A stretch of 64,000 bases of DNA from Patescibacteria group bacterium (GCA_041649955.1 JBAZMD010000001.1:68079-132078); one strand, 5' to 3'. Numbered from the stretch's first letter, positions 38,786 through 48,138 are shown. Numbers and translations: made by a program. The notes: generated by a model not told the origin, from the sequence alone.

Positions 38786-39673
38786 TTATTTTTTTCTTAA
38801 TTGATAAATGGTGTAGAATTTGGAAAAAGCGGGATGTTTAACCGGCTCTTTTATTTTTTTAACAATCGTAAAATATTTTTTAACCAGCCGGTCAAACATT
38901 TTTTCCGGCAGCATAGTAACGCGATGCGGCTGATTGTAAAAATCAAAAGTCATTAAATCATATTCTTTTTGAGTGATTTCTTTGTTTTTTAATTTCTCGC
39001 CTAAAAACAGATTAAATTTGTTCATCTCGGTAGTGTATTCTTTCTTGTTGTAAAATCGCGGATCTGAATAAGCGCAGCTTTCCCAAATATAAATTTTATT
39101 ATTCAATGATTTGAAATAATTCGGCTGGCGCTTGCATTTTTCAATCACGCTTTCCGCGGTCTGCAATATCGGACTCGCGTTGGTAACGGTAATAATCAAT
39201 TCTCCTCCCGGTTTCAGAATAGTTTTCATTGCCTTAAAAAATTGTTCGTACAACTCAAGATTGACCAAATTATTGGTTACGGCATGGCCGATAATGCAAT
39301 CAAATGTTTTGGGAAGAAAATATTTTGTCGCTTCTGTCCAAAGACCGTTGGTTATTTTTTCTTTGCTTTCTATTTTTTTTAAACCGTTCATTGTTTCAAC
39401 CATATTTTGGCTGAATTCCAAAAGCGTGACCTTAAATTTCATTTTTGCCAGACAATCCCGAATGGCCGGCGTACAGCCTAAAACCAAGGCCTTATTGCCT
39501 GATTTCTTTTTAATGATTTTTAAAATTTTAGCGCAAGCGGCAATATGCTTTTTTGAAGGCACAAAAGGCGGCGGAATTTTGGCATAGGTTTGAGTATACC
39601 CTTCTTGCCACACTTTTTTATTTATTGCTTCTTTTTCCATGTTAGTTATTTTTTTAAAAAATAAATTGGGCAT
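38786..39673 (-). CDS. methyltransferase-fold protein, paralog 2 of 3 (motif LVLGCTPAIRD)
   Basis: 295 aa. Alignment described under paralog 1. Confidence 0.5.
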   Translation of the reverse strand: MPNLFFKKITNMEKEAINKKVWQEGYTQTYAKIPPPFVPSKKHIAACAKILKIIKKKSGNKALVLGCTPAIRDCLAKMKFKVTLLEFSQNMVETMNGLKKIESKEKITNGLWTEATKYFLPKTFDCIIGHAVTNNLVNLELYEQFFKAMKTILKPGGELIITVTNASPILQTAESVIEKCKRQPNYFKSLNNKIYIWESCAYSDPRFYNKKEYTTEMNKFNLFLGEKLKNKEITQKEYDLMTFDFYNQPHRVTMLPEKMFDRLVKKYFTIVKKIKEPVKHPAFSKFYTIYQLRKK

Positions 39674-40479
39674 TGGTGAACAAAAGGATGATCTGTACCG
39701 TATTTAACGGCAGAAATCTTGAAATATTTTTTCATCATTTTCTCCCCTTCTTTTTCCGGCAGAGTCCACCAAGTTTTGCCCAACGGCCATTGTTGATGAA
39801 AAATCTTAATCAATTTGGCTATTTGCTTTTTTCTGGCCGCGTTCTTTTCATCTTGCCAAGATTTTTTAAGCGCTGAACTGATGCCGTCCGTACTCGTACT
39901 ACTGTCTTTTGCTTTCCAAACAACAAATAATCCGCCATAAGCAAATTCACTGATACTTTCTTGATTAAATTTTTTCTTAATCACGAGATTAATAAATTCT
40001 TGAATTGATTTTTTGGGAAAAATAGGAAAAAGATGGCGGGTAATAAAACAACCGCCCGGCTTTAAAACCTCTCTGATTTTAGCCAAAAATTTCGGCTGTA
40101 ATTTAATCGGAATATTACAAATAACAAAATCTCCCAGAACAAAATCATAATAATTTTGAGCCACGGGCATAGTCAGCCAGCCGGCCTTAATCCAAGTTTC
40201 CTTGTCTGCATTTTTTTGATATTTCACCCATTTGGTCATAGCCATTAGCATATCCAAACTAATATCAACGCAAGTCACTTCTGCTTTTTGGCGATGCACC
40301 AAGTCGCGAAATTCGGGCGTTCCGCCTAAAATCAAAATTTTAGCCGGTTTTTTATGTTGAGCAATGAATTTTTCTATAATCTGGCATTCGCTTTTTGACG
40401 GCCGGTTGGGCGGAGTATAAACTTGCCATTGATGTGCCATTTTTTGCGCGTGATAATAAGCTACTTTTGGTTCTGCCAT
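39646..40479 (-). CDS. methyltransferase-fold protein, paralog 3 of 3 (motif ILILGGTPEFRD)
   Basis: 277 aa. Overlaps the next gene by 28 bp. Confidence 0.5.
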   Translation of the reverse strand: MAEPKVAYYHAQKMAHQWQVYTPPNRPSKSECQIIEKFIAQHKKPAKILILGGTPEFRDLVHRQKAEVTCVDISLDMLMAMTKWVKYQKNADKETWIKAGWLTMPVAQNYYDFVLGDFVICNIPIKLQPKFLAKIREVLKPGGCFITRHLFPIFPKKSIQEFINLVIKKKFNQESISEFAYGGLFVVWKAKDSSTSTDGISSALKKSWQDEKNAARKKQIAKLIKIFHQQWPLGKTWWTLPEKEGEKMMKKYFKISAVKYGTDHPFVHQCPIYFLKK

Positions 40480-40505
40480 AATTGTCGATTTAGATCCGCC
40501 AACTG

Positions 40506-40658
40506 GCGGAGAAATAAATTTTCGCTACAATTTATGAGCACCCTGCTTCAAACCTCTAAACAAAATCAGTTCAAAGATAGCGTAAGCCGAAGGCGTTTCC
40601 ATGAATTAAATTAATTATTTTTTCACGAACCTTCTTCGGGTTTGGGGCGTGGGTCGCC
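40506..40658 (+). repeat. intergenic repeat element, family B copy 3
   Basis: Aligns with copies 1 and 2 (GAAATAAATTTTCGCTACAA...TAAGCCGAAGGCGTTTCC...CGGGTTTGGGGCGTGGGT). Embedded between two co-oriented methyltransferase genes. Confidence 0.55.
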
Positions 40659-40669
40659 ATAAAATAATT

Positions 40670-41506
40670 TTAATTATATTTTTGAAGAATAAAATAAAAA
40701 TATTTTCTTTTTCCATTTTTAAATGAATTGCATAACTCTGAATCTTTAACTCCCGCGAATTGCTTGCCGAGATTTTGCAAAAATTTCGGCAAAAATTGCC
40801 TAACAAGTTTCATCCTTCTTTCATTATCCAAATTCAATGCCCTAAAAACATTTTCCGTTATATCTTCTTTTTTTATTATTTTCAATTTTGATTTATTAAT
40901 GGAGTCAAAAAAAGATTGAATTAATTCCCGGCTTCTGAAATCGGCGAATAAAAAATATCCTTTAGGTTTTAATATTCTTTTCGCTTCCTGTAAAAATTTA
41001 TTAAAATTAGGGTAAGAATGAGAAGATTCTATGTTTATCGCCGCGTCAAAACTTTCATCTTCAAAAGGAATTTTTATGGCGTTTCCGTATTCAAATTTTA
41101 AATTTTTTTCATAATGATGCTCTCTGTCAAATTTTATTTCTGCTTTGGAATTATCTATGCCGACGATCAGTTTGGGCTTGAAATATCTGGCAATGAAAGA
41201 AGTTCCGCCGCCCTTCCCGCATCCTACTTCTAAAACTTTTTTATCTTTTATATTAATAGAACTCACTACCTTATGATACAACTGGGCGCAATATCTGTTT
41301 TCTTCATCAATTTTTTCCAATCTTAATTTTTCCCGGTATTGATATCCGTAATTCAAAAAAATCACCTCTCCTTTTGAATCAATTTTTGAAAGATGATTAT
41401 ACCACTTATTCACCACTAAAGACTGGCCCTTAAGATAAATCTTGTTGACTAAATTAAAAAAATTTAATATCTTTATTAATTTTTTAATCCAATCTTTCTT
41501 CGTCAT
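40670..41506 (-). CDS. class I SAM-dependent methyltransferase
   Basis: 278 aa. Motif I VLEVGCGKGGG and motif post-II IESSHSY. Confidence 0.7.
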   Translation of the reverse strand: MTKKDWIKKLIKILNFFNLVNKIYLKGQSLVVNKWYNHLSKIDSKGEVIFLNYGYQYREKLRLEKIDEENRYCAQLYHKVVSSINIKDKKVLEVGCGKGGGTSFIARYFKPKLIVGIDNSKAEIKFDREHHYEKNLKFEYGNAIKIPFEDESFDAAINIESSHSYPNFNKFLQEAKRILKPKGYFLFADFRSRELIQSFFDSINKSKLKIIKKEDITENVFRALNLDNERRMKLVRQFLPKFLQNLGKQFAGVKDSELCNSFKNGKRKYFYFILQKYN

Positions 41507-41513
41507 ATATTTT

Positions 41514-42962
41514 TTATTTTCGCCCTCTTTTAATTATTATAACCTTCCCGTGTGTTGCGTCAACTTCTATCAAATCACCGTCTTTCAAAACCTTAGTGGC
41601 GATTTTGGTGCCGATAATACACGGCTTTCCCATTTCACGGGCAATGATAGCCGCATGACAAGTTAATCCGCCATCATTTGTAATTATTGCTTTAGTTTTT
41701 GAAATTGCCCCCATAAAATCTGGAGTTGTCATAAAAGTAACAAGAATTTCTCCTTTTTTCATTTTAGATATTTCGGCCGCATTTCTGATAATTCTAACTC
41801 TACCCTTAACATAACCGGCCGAGGCTGACACACCTTTAATAATCCGTATTAAAGAATCTTTAACAATTTTATTCTTGGGTATAAAAATTTTTATTTTTCC
41901 TTTATGTAATCTTATAAAATAATTATTGTTTCTTTTTTTAAGCTCGGGGGTGGAAATTAAAAGTTTTCCAATTTTTAAACTGGCAATTAATTCATCTGAA
42001 GTCAAATTAGTTAAATCAGTATAATCAACAGAAAGTCGCTTGCCAACTTCTGAAAAAAAGAATCTCATTAAGTATTCCGAGTTTTCTATGAAAGAAAGCA
42101 TTTCTGTTCTATAAAAAGACAGATTAGCTAAATCTTTAAATAATTTTTTTGTAATTTTATCAATTGCATATTTTTTATATAATGCCTTCTTGTCAGAAGC
42201 TAAATCAATTTTCATTTTGGGATAATTTTTTTTCTTTAGAGCAATTTTTATTTCCTCAATGGTGTCTATAATTGTAGGGTATTTATCAGTAGTAAAAAAG
42301 ACACAACCCATTCTCACATATTTTTGATGAAATTTATTTATTATTTTTTTTAGTCTTTTGGGGGAATTATCAATTATTTCATTCAATTTTCTATTAAACA
42401 ATTTTTGGTATTTCGCTCTTCTGATAAAATTAACGATTTTTTGCAAATCATCCTGCTTTTTTTCGATATAATTTTTTCTAGAGGACTGCATTAATATCCC
42501 AAATTCTTCATCTTCTTGTTTTTTATTAACAACTGATAGCAAATTTTTAGTAAGTGCATCAATGCTAAAATTTCCTGTATACACATAACCTATAAAACGC
42601 GCATAATAATCTGTCCAAGCTGTAAATAATTTTATCAATTTTCTATTTGAATACTTCTCTATTTTATAGGAGCTGACCTTTTTACTGAATTTATATAATT
42701 TCCTTCCATATTTTTTGTATTCAGCAAAAAGTTTTTTTAATTTACCATTTTTAATATTCTTCAATATTTCATGATGCGCAACCTCTATATCTTCTAACCC
42801 AAAATAAGCTTGAGCTTTAATCTGACTATTTATATATTTATAATCTTGGATTATCCTGCTATGCAAGGGTGTTTTAGAAACATAACCCGCTAAGGCGTAT
42901 TTAGTGGCTATATATCTGGGAAGCAGAGGTAGGGCCTTTTGTGTTGTAGCTATCCATTTCAT
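41514..42962 (-). CDS. PEP-utilizing-enzyme mobile (phospho-His swivel) domain protein with a novel ~380-aa N-terminal domain (P1)
   Basis: C-terminus KGEILVTFMTTPDFMGAISKTKAIITNDGGLTCHAAIIAREMGKPCIIGT matches the PEP-utilizers domain with its catalytic His. Confidence 0.65.
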   Translation of the reverse strand: MKWIATTQKALPLLPRYIATKYALAGYVSKTPLHSRIIQDYKYINSQIKAQAYFGLEDIEVAHHEILKNIKNGKLKKLFAEYKKYGRKLYKFSKKVSSYKIEKYSNRKLIKLFTAWTDYYARFIGYVYTGNFSIDALTKNLLSVVNKKQEDEEFGILMQSSRKNYIEKKQDDLQKIVNFIRRAKYQKLFNRKLNEIIDNSPKRLKKIINKFHQKYVRMGCVFFTTDKYPTIIDTIEEIKIALKKKNYPKMKIDLASDKKALYKKYAIDKITKKLFKDLANLSFYRTEMLSFIENSEYLMRFFFSEVGKRLSVDYTDLTNLTSDELIASLKIGKLLISTPELKKRNNNYFIRLHKGKIKIFIPKNKIVKDSLIRIIKGVSASAGYVKGRVRIIRNAAEISKMKKGEILVTFMTTPDFMGAISKTKAIITNDGGLTCHAAIIAREMGKPCIIGTKIATKVLKDGDLIEVDATHGKVIIIKRGRK

Positions 42963-42980
42963 AATTTAATTTTAAATTAT

Positions 42981-43925
42981 TTACAAAGTCGTAATCGGCC
43001 TACTTTGTACGATATAGAACTTTTTATTTTCCAAAGCCCACTCAATATCGCAGGGAAATTTATAATGTTTTTCAATTTGAGCGCACAATTTAGCCAATTC
43101 AATAATTTGTTTGTTGTTGAATTTTTGTTTAGCACGCAATTTATTCGGCACTTTTACCCATTCGCTGCCAATGCCTGATTTTTTCTGAACAATCATTTTT
43201 TCTTGCTCTGAAATATTAATATCAATAATTTTCCATGTTTTTTTATTAATCACATAACTGTCAGGCGTAATATGTCCGCCGACAATCGCCTCTCCCAAAC
43301 CCCAACCGGCTTCAATAATCAGCTGGTTTTTATCTTTTGTAACAGGATGAGTGGTAAAACAAATGCCTGAAATTTCCGATTGAATCATTTTCTGAATTAC
43401 CACGGCCACGGAAACTTTTGATTTTCTCATTCCTTGTTCCCGGCGATAAACAATTGCTCTTTGAGTAAAAAGCGAAGACCAGCAATCTTTAACTCGACCT
43501 AATAAATTCTGCCGAGTTGTATTGAGATAACTTTCCAGTTCTCCGGCCCATGAAGCGACTGACGAATCTTCGGCTGTCGCGCTGCTCCGAACCGCCACAT
43601 GTTTTGCTTTTAATTTATCAAAATCAATTAAAATTTCTTGCTGTAAATCTTTAGGCATTTTTGCGTCATGAATTAAATCGCGAATTAATTTTGATGCCTG
43701 ATCAACCGAATTAACATCTTTATAATTCACTTTATTTAAAGCCGATTCAATTTCAACATCTATATCAGTTTCTGTTAAAAATCTTTCAAAGGCATCAGCC
43801 AAAACCACAAATCCCGGCGGCACTTGAATTCCCGCTTGTGTCATTTCTCCCAACGACGCCCCCTTGCCTCCGGCAATTCCAACATCTTTTTTTGATAATT
43901 GTTTAAAATTTTTAGTAAATTTCAT
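42981..43925 (-). CDS. stand-alone PPDK_N / PEP-synthase N-terminal ATP-binding (ATP-grasp) domain protein
   Basis: 314 aa. LSKKDVGIAGGKGASLGEMTQAGIQVPPGFVV matches the PpsA/PPDK/Rph nucleotide-binding N-terminus. Confidence 0.75.
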   Translation of the reverse strand: MKFTKNFKQLSKKDVGIAGGKGASLGEMTQAGIQVPPGFVVLADAFERFLTETDIDVEIESALNKVNYKDVNSVDQASKLIRDLIHDAKMPKDLQQEILIDFDKLKAKHVAVRSSATAEDSSVASWAGELESYLNTTRQNLLGRVKDCWSSLFTQRAIVYRREQGMRKSKVSVAVVIQKMIQSEISGICFTTHPVTKDKNQLIIEAGWGLGEAIVGGHITPDSYVINKKTWKIIDINISEQEKMIVQKKSGIGSEWVKVPNKLRAKQKFNNKQIIELAKLCAQIEKHYKFPCDIEWALENKKFYIVQSRPITTL

Positions 43926-43945
43926 ATATTTTTATTTTAATTTAT

Positions 43946-45397
43946 TTATTTATTTTTTAAAATTTTGACTAATCCATGATTTGCATTAACTTCCACCAAA
44001 TCACCGTCTTTCAAAACCTTAGTGGCAATTTTGGTGCCAACCAAGCACGGAATCCCTAATTCCCTTGAAACAATAGCCGCGTGGCAAGTTAATCCTCCTT
44101 CGTCGGTAATAACCGCCCCTGCTTTTTTTATTGCCACAATAAATTCAGGCGAAGTCATTGGGGCAACCAAAATTTCACCTTGCTTCATTTTATTTAGATT
44201 ACGGGGTGTTAATAATATTCTGACTCTTCCCTGAATTTTACCGCAACCGGCGCTGACAACCATACCATTTATTATCCCAGATTCTCTATTGACTTCCTTT
44301 TTCAAGAAAGGCCTGATTAAATTTATCTGTTTTTTCCCGCTCTTGAGAGTCAAAACATTTTTATAATAATGAATTAAGGCAAATTTTTTTCTATTTGCTA
44401 TTTCTTTAGAAGATACTTTTGCGCCATTTTTTAATAATTTGATAATTTCATTCGGCCAATAAAACATTAAATCGGAAAAATTAATTTTTTTTCTTCTGGA
44501 AATCTCTTTCAAGAATAAATCAACATAATGATTGGCGATAAAAATTTCTTTTTTCCTCGTATCCTGCCACCAGATTGAAGCCGAAAGCCTTTTAACTGTC
44601 TTAATGGTTTTTGCGTTAAGTTTATATTTTCTGAATAATTGATTTTTTTGAAAAATTATTTTTCTCGGCAAATTTTTGATTTCCTTTATTTTTTGATTAA
44701 CTTGCCTGATGCCTGATAATATTTTTTTAAAATACTCCGCTTTCAATTGTTTTTGTTCAAAATAACTGTTTCTAATCCAAAAATATCGTCGGATATGTTT
44801 TTCAATCAATTGATCAAATTTTTTTGTTCCCTGATATTTTTTTATTTCCAATAAATCCAATTCTTCTTTTTGATAAAAAGAAAGATTTTCCGGAGCGGCT
44901 AATTTTTCAAGGGCTGAAATAAATTCTTTTTGGTTGTCAATTTGCTTGGATAATTCTTCTTTTAAAATTTCTTCACCGCCCAAATTGGCAAGTTCCGGAA
45001 CTAATCCCACTCCCCAAAAATTTATATACAAATTGTGCCATTTATTGTAAGTATCGGCGAAGGCCTTATCAGTCAATAAACCGAGAGATTTTTCTGAAAT
45101 TTTCGTCTGGAAATTTTTTAATTTATTCAAGGCTTTTTTATAATCAGCTTGAACTTTTTTAAAATTTAAATCATTCAAAATCCATGTATTAAAATGTTTT
45201 CTTCCGGCTGTCCTGACATTTTTTTCATCGGAAATAAAAGTCATTTTATCTTTTGTAAAATAAAACAAAATCTCGGGCCAGTGATATTTGTAATAACGGG
45301 GCAAGTTCGTGGCAATCCCTATCATAAAATAGGATATATAAATCATTCTCCCGTCAATCGGTCCCCAAATCCAAAGTTTTTTTTGTGAATTAATCAT
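43946..45397 (-). CDS. PEP-utilizing-enzyme mobile domain protein, paralog P2
   Basis: C-terminus QGEILVAPMTSPEFIVAIKKAGAVITDEGGLTCHAAIVSRELGIPCLVGT. Confidence 0.65.
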   Translation of the reverse strand: MINSQKKLWIWGPIDGRMIYISYFMIGIATNLPRYYKYHWPEILFYFTKDKMTFISDEKNVRTAGRKHFNTWILNDLNFKKVQADYKKALNKLKNFQTKISEKSLGLLTDKAFADTYNKWHNLYINFWGVGLVPELANLGGEEILKEELSKQIDNQKEFISALEKLAAPENLSFYQKEELDLLEIKKYQGTKKFDQLIEKHIRRYFWIRNSYFEQKQLKAEYFKKILSGIRQVNQKIKEIKNLPRKIIFQKNQLFRKYKLNAKTIKTVKRLSASIWWQDTRKKEIFIANHYVDLFLKEISRRKKINFSDLMFYWPNEIIKLLKNGAKVSSKEIANRKKFALIHYYKNVLTLKSGKKQINLIRPFLKKEVNRESGIINGMVVSAGCGKIQGRVRILLTPRNLNKMKQGEILVAPMTSPEFIVAIKKAGAVITDEGGLTCHAAIVSRELGIPCLVGTKIATKVLKDGDLVEVNANHGLVKILKNK

Positions 45398-46868
45398 TGT
45401 TTAAATGTTTTAAAATTTTAACAATTCCCCTGTTCGCATCCACCTCCACCAAATCCCCGTTACGTAATGTCCCTGTTAAACCGTGAATTCCTACTATACA
45501 AGGTGTTTTCAACTCTCGCGAAACAATGGCCGCATGAGAAGTGATACCACCCCTTTCGGTTAAAATCGCTTTTGCTTGCTTCATAAGAAAGATATAATCC
45601 GGCGTAGTGTGGGAGGCAACCAATATAGCTCCCTTTTTAAATTTAGAAAAATCTCTTTCTGATTTTATAATTAAAACTTGGCCGATAACGTTTCCAGGAT
45701 AAACGGCTGCCCCGCAAAGAACCTTTTTCTTTTCTTGGCGCAATAAAATTGATCTTATTTTCAGAGCTGACTCACCTTCTAATAATGAGTAATCTTTATC
45801 AATCCCCAAAAAGATAATGGTGGATTTTTGTCTTTTTTTAATAAGATTTAAAAAATTATTTTTATTTTTTAAATTTATCTGCAACTGCTCTTCCCAAGTT
45901 AACCATCTGAATTTTTCGTAATCCAGCGCATAATTTTTTGCCACTCTTTTAAGCCAAGTCTTAATGGGTATTGTTGTTTGTAAATTAAAAGCTTTTCTTT
46001 GGTCTCTTAATTTATACAGAATATCAAGAAAATTAATCAATTTTTTAATATTTTCAGGTTTTGTTTTTAAAATTTTTCTCTTCTTTTTTCTTTGTTTTTC
46101 CGAACATTTTATTTTTTCCCACTCATTTTTAAAATTCTGTGCCAAATCTATACCATGTTCTATAAATAAAATTTCTTTTGGCAAAGCGTGCGACTTAAAA
46201 TTTAAAAATACCCAACCCCATTTTTGAGCGTGAAAAATAATTTTTTTACTTAAAATCTCATATTTTGCCAAATCTCGTACTCCGCTTTTTAGCTTTTTAA
46301 ATTCTTCAGACGGCAAACTTTTAATCAATTCTAATAAATTTTTATGTTCTTCCATTACAAAAGAGTCCTGTAAGGGCGTCATCAGCAACATTAATTCTTT
46401 CTCGTCTTTAATGGTTTCTTTGATTTTTATTTCCAAATATTTTTCAACAGCTTCACAGGTATTCATTAATAAAGCCATCCACTTCTGAATAACTTCTACA
46501 AAATTCGTATATATTTTTTTGTCTATCTTTGCTGATTTTTCTAATCTATCAAGAGCTTGCCAATTTTTTTTCGTCAGATTAATAAATTCTTTTTCTAATT
46601 GAATTGGATTATTCTTATATTTCAAATAAAATACCTGGCCCAATTTTAATAATGATTTTTTATCCAAACAATAATAAAAAGAATCTTTGTCATAAATTTG
46701 AATTAATTTAGCGCAGATTCCAAACATTTTTTTCTGAAGAGTACAGCTTCTCTTAAAACCCAAGTCCGTCCACCAAAAAAAATCAGCGTCATATTTGCCG
46801 ATTTCAAGATCGTCTTTTATCTTTTTTATTTTATTGATAAAGCTAGACACAAGTTTCTTTTCGGACAT
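45390..46868 (-). CDS. PEP-utilizing-enzyme mobile domain protein, paralog P3
   Basis: C-terminus KGAILVASHTTPDYIFLMKQAKAILTERGGITSHAAIVSRELKTPCIVG. 8-bp overlap with P2. Confidence 0.65.
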   Translation of the reverse strand: MSEKKLVSSFINKIKKIKDDLEIGKYDADFFWWTDLGFKRSCTLQKKMFGICAKLIQIYDKDSFYYCLDKKSLLKLGQVFYLKYKNNPIQLEKEFINLTKKNWQALDRLEKSAKIDKKIYTNFVEVIQKWMALLMNTCEAVEKYLEIKIKETIKDEKELMLLMTPLQDSFVMEEHKNLLELIKSLPSEEFKKLKSGVRDLAKYEILSKKIIFHAQKWGWVFLNFKSHALPKEILFIEHGIDLAQNFKNEWEKIKCSEKQRKKKRKILKTKPENIKKLINFLDILYKLRDQRKAFNLQTTIPIKTWLKRVAKNYALDYEKFRWLTWEEQLQINLKNKNNFLNLIKKRQKSTIIFLGIDKDYSLLEGESALKIRSILLRQEKKKVLCGAAVYPGNVIGQVLIIKSERDFSKFKKGAILVASHTTPDYIFLMKQAKAILTERGGITSHAAIVSRELKTPCIVGIHGLTGTLRNGDLVEVDANRGIVKILKHLNND

Positions 46869-46872
46869 ATTT

Positions 46873-47787
46873 TTATGGTTGTAAAATATCTTCTGTTCGG
46901 CCGTTAATGGAAATAGTCACATTTTGAACGGTCGGAAATTGTTTTAATGTTTCAATAATTTGGGCTCTGATGGCTGATACTTTACAAGAACCGCCGACTT
47001 GAAATTCCAATTGCTTGTCAAAATCAACTTTTGCCGTTCCATTGTTAATGGTCAATTTTTGAATTTTTACGCCCGAATTGATACTGGAAAAAAATCCTTG
47101 CGCTTTTTCCGCTTCAGTCGCTCCTTTTAATAATTCTTCCAAAGCAGCCCGGCCGATTGCTTCTGTTTTAATTATTTTTCTTTCAACCGGAAAAACTTTA
47201 TTGCAGGAAATTTCCGGATCTAATTTATTATTATTGAAATAAACTTTTATTGTCGTCATTTCAGTTGGATTGATAACAACCGGCACTCGCAATTCATCGG
47301 CATTTTGCGGCAAACCCGAAGGATTATCTTTTTCTAAAATTAAAATACCTTTAGTTTCGATTGGTGCGTTAAATTGCAAGGTGGCCGTGAAAGGCACAAA
47401 ATTTTCCGTCATCCAATCGCTTTTGGCCTGAGCAATTCCTTTGGCAATTTCTGCACCCGAAGAATCCAAAAGTTTAATTGGAAAACTTGCTTCAAAAAAC
47501 CAATTTCCTCTCGCCTCGCCTTCAATTTCCAAAGGACTGGAAATAATTTCATCCGGCTGAGGTTTTGTCACTTTTATATCAGCGGTTTTATTTTCTGTCT
47601 GTTGATTATTTTTTACAGCACTATTGCACGATTGAGTCGGCATTGACGCGCTGGGATTTCCATGTTTTATCCATTGGCCGTTTGAACAAATCCAATTATC
47701 TTCCGGTCCGCCGATTAAAAATCTTAGAACTAAAACAATAATTACTAAAATCAACGGGCTTAATATTATTAATCTTTTTTTTATCAT
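46873..47787 (-). CDS. membrane-anchored protein with an Ig-like (Gmad2-type) domain plus a GerMN domain
   Basis: 304 aa. N-terminal transmembrane segment. C-terminal half matches the GerMN pattern (VYFNNNKL...GATEAEKAQGFFSSI...VKIQKLTINNGTAKVDF). Confidence 0.5.
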   Translation of the reverse strand: MIKKRLIILSPLILVIIVLVLRFLIGGPEDNWICSNGQWIKHGNPSASMPTQSCNSAVKNNQQTENKTADIKVTKPQPDEIISSPLEIEGEARGNWFFEASFPIKLLDSSGAEIAKGIAQAKSDWMTENFVPFTATLQFNAPIETKGILILEKDNPSGLPQNADELRVPVVINPTEMTTIKVYFNNNKLDPEISCNKVFPVERKIIKTEAIGRAALEELLKGATEAEKAQGFFSSINSGVKIQKLTINNGTAKVDFDKQLEFQVGGSCKVSAIRAQIIETLKQFPTVQNVTISINGRTEDILQP

Positions 47788-47813
47788 ACTTATCAGCTTA
47801 TCTACTTATTAAC

Positions 47814-48086
47814 TTATCTACTTACCCAAAAAATGTCAGCTTCTTTTTCCATTTTATCCAATCTGGTGTAATAATCCGGAAATTCGTTTAAGTGCGCCAA
47901 AGCAATTTTACCGGTGGTTGTCAAATCATCATTGGTCACATTGGTGTGATCGTCACGTAAGCCGTGTTCTAGTTCCACATCCATTCCCATTCTAAATTGC
48001 TCAACATCAAATTTAGTCCAATCAATACCCAATGACTCGCCTATTTGCTTGGCTTCTTCAATTGTAAAACTTTTTCTTAATTCCAT
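47814..48086 (-). CDS. hypothetical protein (90 aa), first gene of the operon
   Basis: ORF with candidate promoter TTGACT-17-TAAGAT upstream at about 48095-48123. Confidence 0.4.
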   Translation of the reverse strand: MELRKSFTIEEAKQIGESLGIDWTKFDVEQFRMGMDVELEHGLRDDHTNVTNDDLTTTGKIALAHLNEFPDYYTRLDKMEKEADIFWVSR

Positions 48087-48138
48087 GTTTTTATCTTACA
48101 CTAAAAATCAACGACAGTCAATTTTTTAAAAATACAAA

